Origin: Thermodesulfovibrio sp.
GTDB lineage: Bacteria; Nitrospirota; Thermodesulfovibrionia; Thermodesulfovibrionales; UBA6898
DNA: 64,000 nucleotides
Direction: 5' to 3'
Assembly: GCA_013824615.1 (NCBI GenBank)
Contig: PNOC01000003.1
Coordinates: 21,103 to 85,102, forward strand
The notes under the pieces: generated by a model
What the model was told of the DNA's origin: nothing
Seen by the model: only the letters and a program-made list of their open reading frames with translations
The model's database searches: none
Translations under genes and position numbers: made by a program
Shown: positions 29,301-38,436 of the stretch, piece after piece
How positions within the stretch are numbered: position 1 is the first letter of the stretch
Layout of the letters: the number at the start of each line of letters is the position of its first letter

Positions 29301-29411
29301 CAGGACCAATTCATCTTTCGCAACACATCAGCAGCAACGCATAATTAAACAGTACGTCAGCAAGTTCAATGTTTACCGGACGGACTGTCTGGCGTCCACA
29401 GGGGCAAAGCC

Positions 29412-30656
29412 GTGTATTTTCAAAAAGAAGAAAAAATATATAAGTCTTTCATAATCTCGATCTGCCTTATAGTTGCTGTGGCGATTTCCGGGGTCTTTCT
29501 CGGCATGACCGTGAAGACGCGAAGTCTTATCAGGGATGAACTCCTATCTCATTCGCGGGCCTATTTTGAGACTATTGTAGCAACAAGGCTGTGGAACGCC
29601 ACGTATGGTGGTGTCTATGTCGAAAAAAAGGATAACGTCCAATCCAATCCCTATATGGAGAACCCTGATATCAGGACAGAGGACGGCAGGACGTTTACCA
29701 TAAGAAACCCTGCAACGATGACCCGTGAGATTTCAGAATATATCGGGAAGGATAGGGACTTTGCCTTTCATATAACCAGCAAGAAACTGATAAATCCGAA
29801 CAATAAACCCGACGGTTTCGAGATAAAAGCTCTGGATGCCTTTGAGCGTGGTCAGAAGGAGGTTCATGAAATAACCACGATCAACGGCAGAAAGCTGTTC
29901 CGCTACATGGGGCCACTGTATGTAACCAAAGACTGCCTGAAATGTCATGACAGGCAGGGCTATAAAGAGGGAGAAGTACGAGGGGGGATCAGCGTTACGT
30001 ACAATATTGATGCTACCTTCCGGAAACTTCAGACCACGACAATTCTTATAGCGGTATTTGCGTTTACCACCATAGTGCTCATCGTGACAATTCTGTGGTT
30101 ATTAACCAGGCGGCTTATTCTTAAAATCACTGAAATCAGGAAAACAATTGAAGAACTTGCAACGATGGATGCACTGACAAAGGTTTCGAACAGAAGATTT
30201 GTCCTCCAGCAGTTCGAGGAAGAATTTGAGAGGACAAAAAGACAGGGGAACCCCTTCTGCTGTATCATGCTCGACATAGACCATTTCAAGGCGGTCAATG
30301 ACCGCTATGGACATCTGGCGGGAGATGACGTGTTGACGGAGGTTGCCGCCCGTATCACGAAAATAATCCGCAAGTATGACCTGATCGGCAGGTACGGAGG
30401 GGAAGAATTCATCCTGGTGCTCCCTGATACAGGTATCGAGCATGCAGAGATACTTGCCGGTAGAATTAATCAGGAGATAAAGACCACTCCCATAAACAAT
30501 ATAGAAGTAACGGTGAGCCTTGGGGTAACGTATTATCTGAATACAGACCGGTCAATCAACGATATCATCAAGAGGGCCGACGATAGGCTGTATGACGCGA
30601 AGAAGGCCGGCAGGGATTGTGTGAAAGCGAGCGCACTGCCGTCCAAGGATGAATGA
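29412..30656 (+). CDS. Diguanylate cyclase with an N-terminal DUF3365-like haem-binding sensor domain
   Basis: CLKCH within a DUF3365-like periplasmic region, then TM helices and a GGDEF domain. The active site is GGEEF and the I-site RKYD lies five residues upstream. Confidence 0.85.
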   Translation: MYFQKEEKIYKSFIISICLIVAVAISGVFLGMTVKTRSLIRDELLSHSRAYFETIVATRLWNATYGGVYVEKKDNVQSNPYMENPDIRTEDGRTFTIRNPATMTREISEYIGKDRDFAFHITSKKLINPNNKPDGFEIKALDAFERGQKEVHEITTINGRKLFRYMGPLYVTKDCLKCHDRQGYKEGEVRGGISVTYNIDATFRKLQTTTILIAVFAFTTIVLIVTILWLLTRRLILKITEIRKTIEELATMDALTKVSNRRFVLQQFEEEFERTKRQGNPFCCIMLDIDHFKAVNDRYGHLAGDDVLTEVAARITKIIRKYDLIGRYGGEEFILVLPDTGIEHAEILAGRINQEIKTTPINNIEVTVSLGVTYYLNTDRSINDIIKRADDRLYDAKKAGRDCVKASALPSKDE

Positions 30657-30688
30657 ATTCAGCCGGACCCTGACCGGCTGAACCGCGG

Positions 30689-30886
30689 TCACCGCGCCGC
30701 ATTGCCCCCTTGACTGCAGGCAGCAGTTTCCAGGTCAGCCTCGAACAGGCATTCCGACAGCACCGGGCAGAGCCGGTATGCCGGCTTAAAACAGTAGGTT
30801 TCCATCCTCTCGATGCTCGGTACCAGTGTTGTTTCTGACGCACTGCAACTTCCGGCATAGCCTTCTTCAAAATAGGGGCAGCTCAT
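30689..30886 (-). CDS. Small Cys-rich hypothetical protein
   Basis: ORF MSCPYFEEGYAGSC...YCF...CP, convergent with the cyclase gene. Confidence 0.35.
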   Translation of the reverse strand: MSCPYFEEGYAGSCSASETTLVPSIERMETYCFKPAYRLCPVLSECLFEADLETAACSQGGNAAR

Positions 30887-31018
30887 TGCATCCTCCGCTA
30901 AAACGGTTGTACCAGTAAACAGCTTACCGGTTTCTGCAGAAGAATATCACCTAACTGTGAACATACTATGAATTTATGTCTTCCCGATACTAAGGATTCT
31001 TAATGTAAAAAGATCAAT

Positions 31019-31047
31019 TTGTTCGACGCGGGTCTTTGATGTATAAT
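31019..31047 (+). promoter_or_regulatory. Sigma70-type promoter candidate
   Basis: TTGTTC, a 17-nt spacer, then TATAAT. It ends 28 nt upstream of the ATG at 31076. Confidence 0.4.
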
Positions 31048-31075
31048 AGAGCATCAAAATCTTGTAAGGAGAGCG

Positions 31076-31246
31076 ATGGAGAAGAGAACGTGTCTTGATT
31101 GTTTTAACCTTGTCCGCACCAAGACCAATAAGGTCAAGTGTATATCCCCCGTTGGGAAGCTGAAGCAGGAGTTGCCCTCGAATACACTTCCGAAGTCTTT
31201 TGCGAATTTTGCTGAGAATTGTCCGGGGTTTGATAACGAGGAGTAG
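31076..31246 (+). CDS. Hypothetical 56-aa protein; not in the supplied ORF track
   Basis: AAGGAG RBS 6 nt upstream of the ATG. Translation: MEKRTCLDCFNLVRTKTNKVKCISPVGKLKQELPSNTLPKSFANFAENCPGFDNEE. Confidence 0.35.
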   Translation: MEKRTCLDCFNLVRTKTNKVKCISPVGKLKQELPSNTLPKSFANFAENCPGFDNEE

Positions 31247-31581
31247 ACTGCTTCTTTCCCCTTCCGCCTGGTGATGCAGGCTGTTTTTTCGACCGGACCT
31301 GACATAATCCCGCCTCTCAGCAGAACAAGAGTTTTGTTCCTGGCTTCGACAGACGGACTCGCGTCCCGGCTTGTCCTCAATCACTCGGGGCGAGGATTTA
31401 CCCCGGGACACAAATATCCGTACAAGCCTTGTTCCGGAGTTTTTTGCTGCAGGGTTATTTACGGGCCGGTATCAACAGTTTCGTTGCAAAAAATTTCGTT
31501 ATAGTGTAGATTTTACTTTAGGCCTTGCAGATATCTGATCTGTTATAAAAAACGCTTACCCGATAGCAGAGGTGAAAATAT

Positions 31582-31956
31582 ATGGCATCAATCCTGATCA
31601 TCGATGACTCGTCCTACATGCGCGGCAAGATACGCACAATCCTGAAATCAGCAAACCATGAGATATTTGAGGCGGCTGACGGTATGAAGGGTCTCCAGAT
31701 GGCTTCCGCCGGGACTTACGATCTGATTCTCCTGGATATCATCATGCCGGGGATGGACGGAGTGAAGATTCTGGGCGCTATACGTCAACTTGGCAAGGAG
31801 CCTCCGGTGATCATTGTTACCGCTGATATCCAGGAGAGCGTATATAAACAGTGCATTGACCTCGGGGCCTTTGCCGTGATCCATAAGCCTCCCAAAGAGG
31901 AGGAACTGTTGAGCTGGGTGACCCAGGCGCTGGCCCGCGGGAAGGAGCAGGGGTAG
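31582..31956 (+). CDS. CheY-like single-domain response regulator
   Basis: Receiver motifs IIDDS, LILLDIIMPGMDG and HKP. Confidence 0.9.
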   Translation: MASILIIDDSSYMRGKIRTILKSANHEIFEAADGMKGLQMASAGTYDLILLDIIMPGMDGVKILGAIRQLGKEPPVIIVTADIQESVYKQCIDLGAFAVIHKPPKEEELLSWVTQALARGKEQG

Positions 31957-32558
31957 TGAATCTGAAGCCGGAAGAGATAGATGCCCTGAAAGAGCTCATC
32001 AATATCGGCGCCGGCAAGGCAGCCGGGGTGCTCAGCGACATGCTCCAGTGTCATATCAGCCTGCAGGTGCCTTTTATTCAGATATTGACACGGAATGAAT
32101 TGAAGACCGAGATGGAGGGCCTGAGCCGTGACAGGGTTTCTGCCGTCAAGCTGGGATTCAAGGGACCTTTCACCGGAACGGCCGCACTTGTTTTTCCTCC
32201 TGACAGCGCCTCGAAGCTTGTATCTGTTCTGGTGAGCGAGGAGCCTGAAACAGCCGATCTCGATGCCGTCAGGGTAGGGACGCTGAGCGAGGTCGGCAAC
32301 ATTGTCATCAACGGCGTTATGGGTTCTATTTCGAATGTCCTCAAGCAGCATATCAACTATTCCCTCCCGACCTATATGGAAGACAATATCGAGAACCTGC
32401 TGATGCCTGATGATCTTTATGCTGAAGTGACCGTGCTGCTGGCCCATACACACTTCAGGATCGAAAAGTTCTATATTGAAGGGGACATAATACTGATCTT
32501 TGAAGCAGGGTCGTTCAGTACCCTGATCTCGGTCATTGATCGGGATTTATATGACTAG
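31956..32558 (+). CDS. CheC-family CheY-P phosphatase
   Basis: An exact D-x3-E-x2-N-x22-P motif (DALKELIN + 22 aa + P) and a second E-x2-N-x22-P site (SEVGN + 22 aa + P). Confidence 0.8.
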   Translation: MNLKPEEIDALKELINIGAGKAAGVLSDMLQCHISLQVPFIQILTRNELKTEMEGLSRDRVSAVKLGFKGPFTGTAALVFPPDSASKLVSVLVSEEPETADLDAVRVGTLSEVGNIVINGVMGSISNVLKQHINYSLPTYMEDNIENLLMPDDLYAEVTVLLAHTHFRIEKFYIEGDIILIFEAGSFSTLISVIDRDLYD

Positions 32559-32562
32559 ATAG

Positions 32563-34242
32563 TTGATTGACATCAATATAGCAGCCGGGAACTTCGGCAT
32601 TCTTGACCATGTCCCTGTCGGGGTCTTTATCCTGAGAAAGGATTTCGTCGTACTTTTCTGGAATGCCTGCCTTGAGGACTGGGCAGGCATTCAACGGGAC
32701 GCAATCGTCGGCAAAAAAATCAACAGCTTTTTCCCACACCTTGCGTCCCCCCGCTATGCAAGCAGGCTCCAGGATATTTTCGAGGGCGGCCCTCCCACGA
32801 TCTTTTCGTCCCAGCTCCACAACAATATCATCCCATCAAGGCTATCCCCCAAGAACCCGAGGATACAGCACACGGTGATCACCTCCATACAGGCGCCTGA
32901 CCGCACCGGGTATCACGCCCTTTTCGCAATTCAGGATGTGACCGACCTTACCACCAGGATACGCGACTACCGTACCATGAGGGACCAGGCGCTGGAAGAG
33001 GTCAGGGAGCGCAAAAGAGTAGAGGAGGAACTCATCAGGACCCAGGAGGGGCTTGAGGTGAGGGTGAAGGAGCGTACGGCCGAGCTTGAGCATCTCAACG
33101 AGCGGATCTTTGCACAGGAACGGCTTGCTGCCGTCGGTCAGCTTGCAGCGGGCGTCGCCCATGACTTCAATAATATTCTTACCGGCATCATCGGCCTTTC
33201 GGAGATCATGCTCTCGGAAAACAGATTGGTTGCGGAGAATGTGCAGATGGTCGAGGCCATATTCAATAACGGTTTGCGGGCAGCACATCTGATACGCCAG
33301 ATCCTGGATTTCAGCAGAAAATCGATCAGTGAGATGAAGCCGGTGGAACTGCTGGGGTTTCTCAGGGATTTCACAAAATTCATAAAAAGAACGATACCGG
33401 AAAATGTACGGATTGCGGTGGATTGCGAGCCTGCTGAATATTTTGTTTCTGCTGACCCGACAAAGATCCAGCAGGTACTTGCCAACCTGGCGGTAAATGC
33501 GCGCGATGCCATGCCGGAGGGTGGCGAGCTTCGCTTTGCGCTGTCGCGGGTGGCCGTGCGGCATGCAGAACAACCACCACTGCCTGAGATGCAGGAGGGG
33601 GCTTGGGTCCTCCTGAGGGTATCAGATACGGGAACCGGTATGACCCCCGCGGTTTTCGCTCATATGTTCGAGCCTTTTTTCACCACAAAAGAGCCGGGTA
33701 AGGGAACCGGCCTCGGCCTTTCTCAGGTATACGGCATTATAAAACAGCATGATGGATTCCTTGATGTCAAGACTAAAATCGGAGAGGGAAGTGCTTTTTC
33801 TATCTACCTTCCTGCCTCAAGCCCTGGACAGGCTCCGGCGGAACCCCCCGGTGACGCTGCCATGCCACGGGGACAGTCCCAGACCATCCTGGTTGTCGAG
33901 GACAACGAGACCGTGCGAAATCTTGTGGTGAGAAGCCTCGGCAGGCTGAACTTTACGATCGTAACCGCAACGAACGGCAAGGATGCACTTGCCCTGTTTG
34001 AGAACCTGCACGATACGATAAAAGTTATCATCACCGATCTGGTCATGCCGGTGATGGGGGGGCTTGAACTGAGCAGAATGATCAGGGAGAAGGATCCCGG
34101 TATAAGGATCATTGCGTTGACCGGATATCCCCTCGGTGCAGGGGAAGAGGACCTTGCAGAAGCCGGGATTGTCGAATGCATACAGAAGCCGTTCCAGATA
34201 CAGACTCTTGTCAATGCCGTCATCCGTGCGTTGGAGCTGTGA
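32563..34242 (+). CDS. Hybrid sensor histidine kinase / response regulator with an N-terminal PAS-like domain
   Basis: H-box AHDFNNIL, N/G boxes (NARDAM, GTGLGLS), and a C-terminal receiver (LVVEDNE, ITDLVMP). Confidence 0.9.
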   Translation: MIDINIAAGNFGILDHVPVGVFILRKDFVVLFWNACLEDWAGIQRDAIVGKKINSFFPHLASPRYASRLQDIFEGGPPTIFSSQLHNNIIPSRLSPKNPRIQHTVITSIQAPDRTGYHALFAIQDVTDLTTRIRDYRTMRDQALEEVRERKRVEEELIRTQEGLEVRVKERTAELEHLNERIFAQERLAAVGQLAAGVAHDFNNILTGIIGLSEIMLSENRLVAENVQMVEAIFNNGLRAAHLIRQILDFSRKSISEMKPVELLGFLRDFTKFIKRTIPENVRIAVDCEPAEYFVSADPTKIQQVLANLAVNARDAMPEGGELRFALSRVAVRHAEQPPLPEMQEGAWVLLRVSDTGTGMTPAVFAHMFEPFFTTKEPGKGTGLGLSQVYGIIKQHDGFLDVKTKIGEGSAFSIYLPASSPGQAPAEPPGDAAMPRGQSQTILVVEDNETVRNLVVRSLGRLNFTIVTATNGKDALALFENLHDTIKVIITDLVMPVMGGLELSRMIREKDPGIRIIALTGYPLGAGEEDLAEAGIVECIQKPFQIQTLVNAVIRALEL

Positions 34243-34290
34243 GACGCAGCGGTCCGTCATCGCTCTCGTCCCTTCGCACGTGTCAGTCGC

Positions 34291-35865
34291 TTATCTGATA
34301 CCCCGGTTTTTTACCATATCCTGGTAGAACTGCGGATTGTCGGTATGCTTTAGCCCTTCCTCAAGAGATATCTTGTTGTCAATGCAGAGCCTTGCCAGGC
34401 TTACATCAATGGAGGAATACTCATCACCCGGCAGCTGCATCTGGGAACGAATCTGGTGTGTCTTGCCATCCCGGATAAAGGTTTTTATCTTGAAGCTGTT
34501 AATCATTTTTTCATAGGCGAGGACCGGGGCCGAGCGGTCTTTGTTCATCACAAGCCGCTGCGAAAGCACCAGTACCAGAGATTCGGCCAGCTGACTTCTG
34601 ATCTGGAGCTGCTGCTCTGCAGGGAACATATCGATTACCCGTTCTATCGTGGACGTAGCATTGCGTGCGTGGAGCGTGCTCATTACCAGGTGTCCGCTCT
34701 CCGCGGCCTGCAAGGCTATTTTGAAGCTTATCGGGTCCCTCATCTCGCCGATAACGATTACGTCGGGGTCCTGTCTGAATATATGTCTGAGGCCCTCATG
34801 GAATGAGGCGGTGTCAATGCCGATCTCCCGCTGATTAACATTACAGTTCTTGTGTTTATGCAGATACTCGATCGGGTCCTCCAGGGTTACGATATTGCAT
34901 TTCCGTTTGGTGTTGATCACGTCTACCATCGCTGCCAGCGTTGTTGACTTGCCATGGCCGGCCGGCCCTGTTATCAGGATAAGCCCCTGATTCTTCAGGG
35001 CAAATTTTTCAAGGTCATCAGGAAGGCCAAGTTCGCTCATTGCCGGAATATGGTCCGGAATGCCCCTCAGGGTTATCGAGACTGAACTCCTTTGTTTGTA
35101 TATATTTACCCTGAACCTCCCGAGGTCAACATCCGTAAAAGCAAAATCGAGATCGTTGGCCTTTTCGAAGCTTTCCTGCTGTTCCGGGTTCATGAGCGCC
35201 CGGGCATAGCCACTCATGTCGACAGGTGTCAGCGGCGGCATATTCATTCTCCTGAGTTCGGTGCTCATCTTCAGGCTGGGCGGCACCCCGGCTGTCAGTT
35301 GAATATCGCTGGCCTTGGTCTCAGCGAGGCGTCTGAGCAGGGCTTTAATATCAACGGCGGATTCTCCGGTGGCTGCCGGTTGGCACTGCTCGAGCGTGCA
35401 GCCCTTCAGGCCGCCGGCGATTCCCTTTTCGAGGCTCTTCAGCGCAATGTCCATCTGGGAAGAAGACATGATGACCGGCTGTATGCTCTTGCCGAGGATA
35501 AATTCTATATTCTGTATGGCGATGTGGTCATTCGGATTCACCATGGCGATAGTGTATTTGTTGCCGATTTCAATGGGCAGCACTTTATATTCTTTGATCT
35601 TATCAAGAGGCAGGGCCTTGAGAATCTCCGGGGTTAAATCTATTTTGAAAAGGTTAACCGAGGGGACTCCAAACTGATTGCTGAGGAACTCAAGGAGAAG
35701 GTCGGTGCTGATATAGCCCATTTCAATAAGTATGGTGCCGATCTGTCCGCCCACCTGAGACTGCCGCCGCAGGGCATTCTTCAGCATGTTCGGGGTGATT
35801 ATTCCGTGCTCTACCAGGATCTCTCCGAGCATCGGTTTTCTGTCCTTCTTGGTTTCCTGCGCCAT
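34291..35865 (-). CDS. PilT/PilU-like secretion ATPase with an N-terminal T2SSE_N (MshEN-type) domain
   Basis: The N-terminal MLGEILVEHGIITPNMLKNALRRQ fits the 24-residue MshEN motif except at position 1. Walker A is GPAGHGKST. Also present: DPDVIVIGEMRD and the His box STLHA. Confidence 0.85.
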   Translation of the reverse strand: MAQETKKDRKPMLGEILVEHGIITPNMLKNALRRQSQVGGQIGTILIEMGYISTDLLLEFLSNQFGVPSVNLFKIDLTPEILKALPLDKIKEYKVLPIEIGNKYTIAMVNPNDHIAIQNIEFILGKSIQPVIMSSSQMDIALKSLEKGIAGGLKGCTLEQCQPAATGESAVDIKALLRRLAETKASDIQLTAGVPPSLKMSTELRRMNMPPLTPVDMSGYARALMNPEQQESFEKANDLDFAFTDVDLGRFRVNIYKQRSSVSITLRGIPDHIPAMSELGLPDDLEKFALKNQGLILITGPAGHGKSTTLAAMVDVINTKRKCNIVTLEDPIEYLHKHKNCNVNQREIGIDTASFHEGLRHIFRQDPDVIVIGEMRDPISFKIALQAAESGHLVMSTLHARNATSTIERVIDMFPAEQQLQIRSQLAESLVLVLSQRLVMNKDRSAPVLAYEKMINSFKIKTFIRDGKTHQIRSQMQLPGDEYSSIDVSLARLCIDNKISLEEGLKHTDNPQFYQDMVKNRGIR

Positions 35866-36138
35866 TGCGGTTGAACCTCCGTTCTGTCTGTTTATTATCG
35901 AAGGACTGTCATGCAGAAAGAAACAGGTCTTCCCCGAGTGTCTGCCTTCAGGTAAATCATATCACAAGAGGCCGTTCCGGTAAAGCCTAAATACCTCCCC
36001 TGTTGCCTCAGATAAGAATTGATACGAAATGCTGTTCACTGGGAATGCGGGGCTGTTTTCTGTACAATTCTCTGATAATATACATATGTGAGATACGGTT
36101 CACAAGTGAATTCAGTTGGGTCCAAGTGGATTTAAGGG

Positions 36139-37434
36139 ATGCCTGAATACAAAGTAGGCATTGACCAGCTTCGTGAGGGCGTATTTATACGGCTCGACCT
36201 GAAGTGGTTTGAGCATCCTTTTCTGTTCGGAAGTTTTAAGATCACGAGTCCGGAGCAGCTGAAGGTTCTGCGCGAGCTCCACCTGTCCTCGGTCGTCTGC
36301 ATTCCTGAAAAAAGTGATGTCCTGCCTTTATCGCTGCAGCAGGTCCAGCCGCCGGGCCCGGAGCTGTCTGCGTCGCAGGAACCGGAAAGCGAAGACGCCA
36401 GGAAAATGTGGGAGACTAAAAAAGCGCGCATCGAGCGGCTTAAGGCAAGACGGGAGAAAGACGAGCAGTGTGAGCGCCGGTTTGAGAAGAGCCTGGATGC
36501 CGTAAAAAATGTCATGCGGGACATTGAATCAGGATCCAAAGAGGCCTTCGAAGAGTCCGACCGGCTGATGCAGAGCATTGTCGTGTCCCTTATGCCGGAC
36601 AAGGAGTCGGCCGTGCAGCTTATGAATACCAAGTTCGGTAAGGAAAATGTGTTTTTCCACTCCCTCAATGTATCGGTTCTCTCCATGATGCTCGGCAGGG
36701 AATATGGCCTGAATCCGGAGCAGTTGCGGGTGCTTGGCCTCGGTGCTCTTTTCCACGATATCGGCAAGAGCCGCATTCCCAAAAGCATACTGCATAAAGC
36801 TGAACCGCTCACCAGGGCGGAACAGAAGTTTTATCAGCTCCATCCGCGATACGGAATCGATATATTGTCAAAGCTCGGGATAGTGCCGCCGGGAGCGATG
36901 GGCGTGGTATTTGAGCATCACGAGAGAACTGACGGCCGGGGTTTTCCCTCCGGACTGGATATTCGATCCATATCGGTCTTTGCCCGGATTGTGGCTATTG
37001 TCAATGTCTATGACAATCACTGCAACCACTATAACCCCTCTGATTCTCTGACCCCTCATGAGGCCCTGGCCTATATGTTCAAGACCCAGAGGGACATGTT
37101 CGACCGGGACCTGCTCGCGCTTTTTATCCAGTGCCTGGGAGTATATCCTCCCGGCACGCTGGTGAGGCTCTCGAACGGTGTTACCGGGATGGTGATATCG
37201 GTCAATCCCCGCAATCCGCTCCACCCGAGTCTATTGCTCTATAACGCGGAAATACCAAAGAAAGAGGCTATCATCTTTGACATGTTAGACGAGCCAAAGG
37301 TCCGGATAGAAGAAAGCCTGAAACCCTCCCTGCTGCCGCCGGAAGTGTATGAGTACCTGAGCCCAAGAACGCGCGTTACCTACTATGTGGCAGAGTCAGA
37401 GGCAGGCAGGGGAGATGTAAAAAAAACTATCTGA
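36139..37434 (+). CDS. HD-GYP domain phosphodiesterase with an N-terminal DUF3391 domain
   Basis: The N-terminal region (GVFIRLDLKWFEHPF) is DUF3391-like. HDIGK and HHERTDGRGFP (a GFP variant of GYP) are present. Confidence 0.85.
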   Translation: MPEYKVGIDQLREGVFIRLDLKWFEHPFLFGSFKITSPEQLKVLRELHLSSVVCIPEKSDVLPLSLQQVQPPGPELSASQEPESEDARKMWETKKARIERLKARREKDEQCERRFEKSLDAVKNVMRDIESGSKEAFEESDRLMQSIVVSLMPDKESAVQLMNTKFGKENVFFHSLNVSVLSMMLGREYGLNPEQLRVLGLGALFHDIGKSRIPKSILHKAEPLTRAEQKFYQLHPRYGIDILSKLGIVPPGAMGVVFEHHERTDGRGFPSGLDIRSISVFARIVAIVNVYDNHCNHYNPSDSLTPHEALAYMFKTQRDMFDRDLLALFIQCLGVYPPGTLVRLSNGVTGMVISVNPRNPLHPSLLLYNAEIPKKEAIIFDMLDEPKVRIEESLKPSLLPPEVYEYLSPRTRVTYYVAESEAGRGDVKKTI

Positions 37435-37462
37435 GCTGAAGGCTGTCGACTGTAGAGAATAA

Positions 37463-37502
37463 CCAGAAGGCCCTGGCAAGCATGCTTGCCAGGGCCTTCT
37501 GG
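37463..37502. terminator. Perfect 18-19 bp inverted repeat between convergent genes (bidirectional terminator candidate)
   Basis: CCAGAAGGCCCTGGCAAGC-AT-GCTTGCCAGGGCCTTCTGG, with no strong flanking T-run. Confidence 0.5.
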
Positions 37503-37529
37503 AATGAAGCCTGAAAACTTTAGGACTCT

Positions 37530-37721
37530 TTAGGGGCCGTTTCTGCGCATACTCTTGCTTCTGCGCTTGGCTGCCTGACGCTGTTTTGTCTTCATTTTGA
37601 CTGAAGGTTTTTCATAATAGCGTCTCTTTTTAAGGTCACCCATTAGTCCGTCCCGCTGGATCTTCTTCTTGAGGGCTTTTAAAGCCTTTTCTATTTCGTT
37701 TCCTTCAACTCTTATCTCCAC
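37530..37721 (-). CDS. rpsU: 30S ribosomal protein S21
   Basis: A basic 63-aa protein (...EKALKALKKKIQRDGL...RRYYEKPS). Confidence 0.9.
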   Translation of the reverse strand: MEIRVEGNEIEKALKALKKKIQRDGLMGDLKKRRYYEKPSVKMKTKQRQAAKRRSKSMRRNGP

Positions 37722-38080
37722 CTGCCGGTTCCTTTTCCACCCTTGTTGCCAAAGGATTTACCGCCGGCGCCGCCACCGCCGCCAGGCCGACGCATTCCGC
37801 CACCACCGCCGCCACCAGGCCTTGGCCTGCTTGTCTGAGGCCTTGCCTCGCTGACGTTGATAGCTCTGTCCATAAACATCGTGCCGTTAAGGGCTGCAAT
37901 AGCCTTGTCAGCATCTTCATCTGCTGTCATCTCGACGAACCCGAACCCTTTTGACCGGCCGGTGGCATTGTCCTTGATAAGTCTGATAGACTGGACTTCA
38001 CCTATCTTCTCAAATGCTTCGCGCAGGTCTTCTTCAGTAACTGAGTAGGAAAGGTTTCCTACATAGATATTCTTAGCCAT
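37712..38080 (-). CDS. RRM-type RNA-binding protein with a Gly-rich tail
   Basis: RNP2 IYVGNL, RNP1 KGFGFVEM, and a C-terminal GGGGGG tract. Confidence 0.9.
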   Translation of the reverse strand: MAKNIYVGNLSYSVTEEDLREAFEKIGEVQSIRLIKDNATGRSKGFGFVEMTADEDADKAIAALNGTMFMDRAINVSEARPQTSRPRPGGGGGGGMRRPGGGGGAGGKSFGNKGGKGTGRWR

Positions 38081-38436
38081 GCTTGTTTTCTCCTTTTGTT
38101 CTGCTGCTCATTAATTTTGTATCCAGTATGTCCGCCCCGGTAGGGATACAGGAGGCAGAATCCACAACGGGACCCGCCGGTTGTGCCTGGTGCCACATAT
38201 AGTCCACATATGGTCTATGTACTGCTGTATGCTGATCTGTGTGTCAGAGGGACATTCCCCCTTTCGTGAGCATGGTATTTGGAATTTGAAGGAGGTAATG
38301 TCACAAGACACACAACAGGCAGAACATAGTGCGGCTGAGATACAAAAACATACTCCATTAACTCCAGCATAATTATGGCACACAAGGCCTTATTGAGTCA
38401 AATAACAGTGCCGGGATATGTTACAATGAATACCCT

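Noticed and set aside
30974-31411. Minus-strand ORFs of 145 and 108 aa in the 30.9-31.6 kb gap
   Set aside because: No RBS or promoter and unusual composition. The plus strand carries a small ORF with proper expression signals instead.
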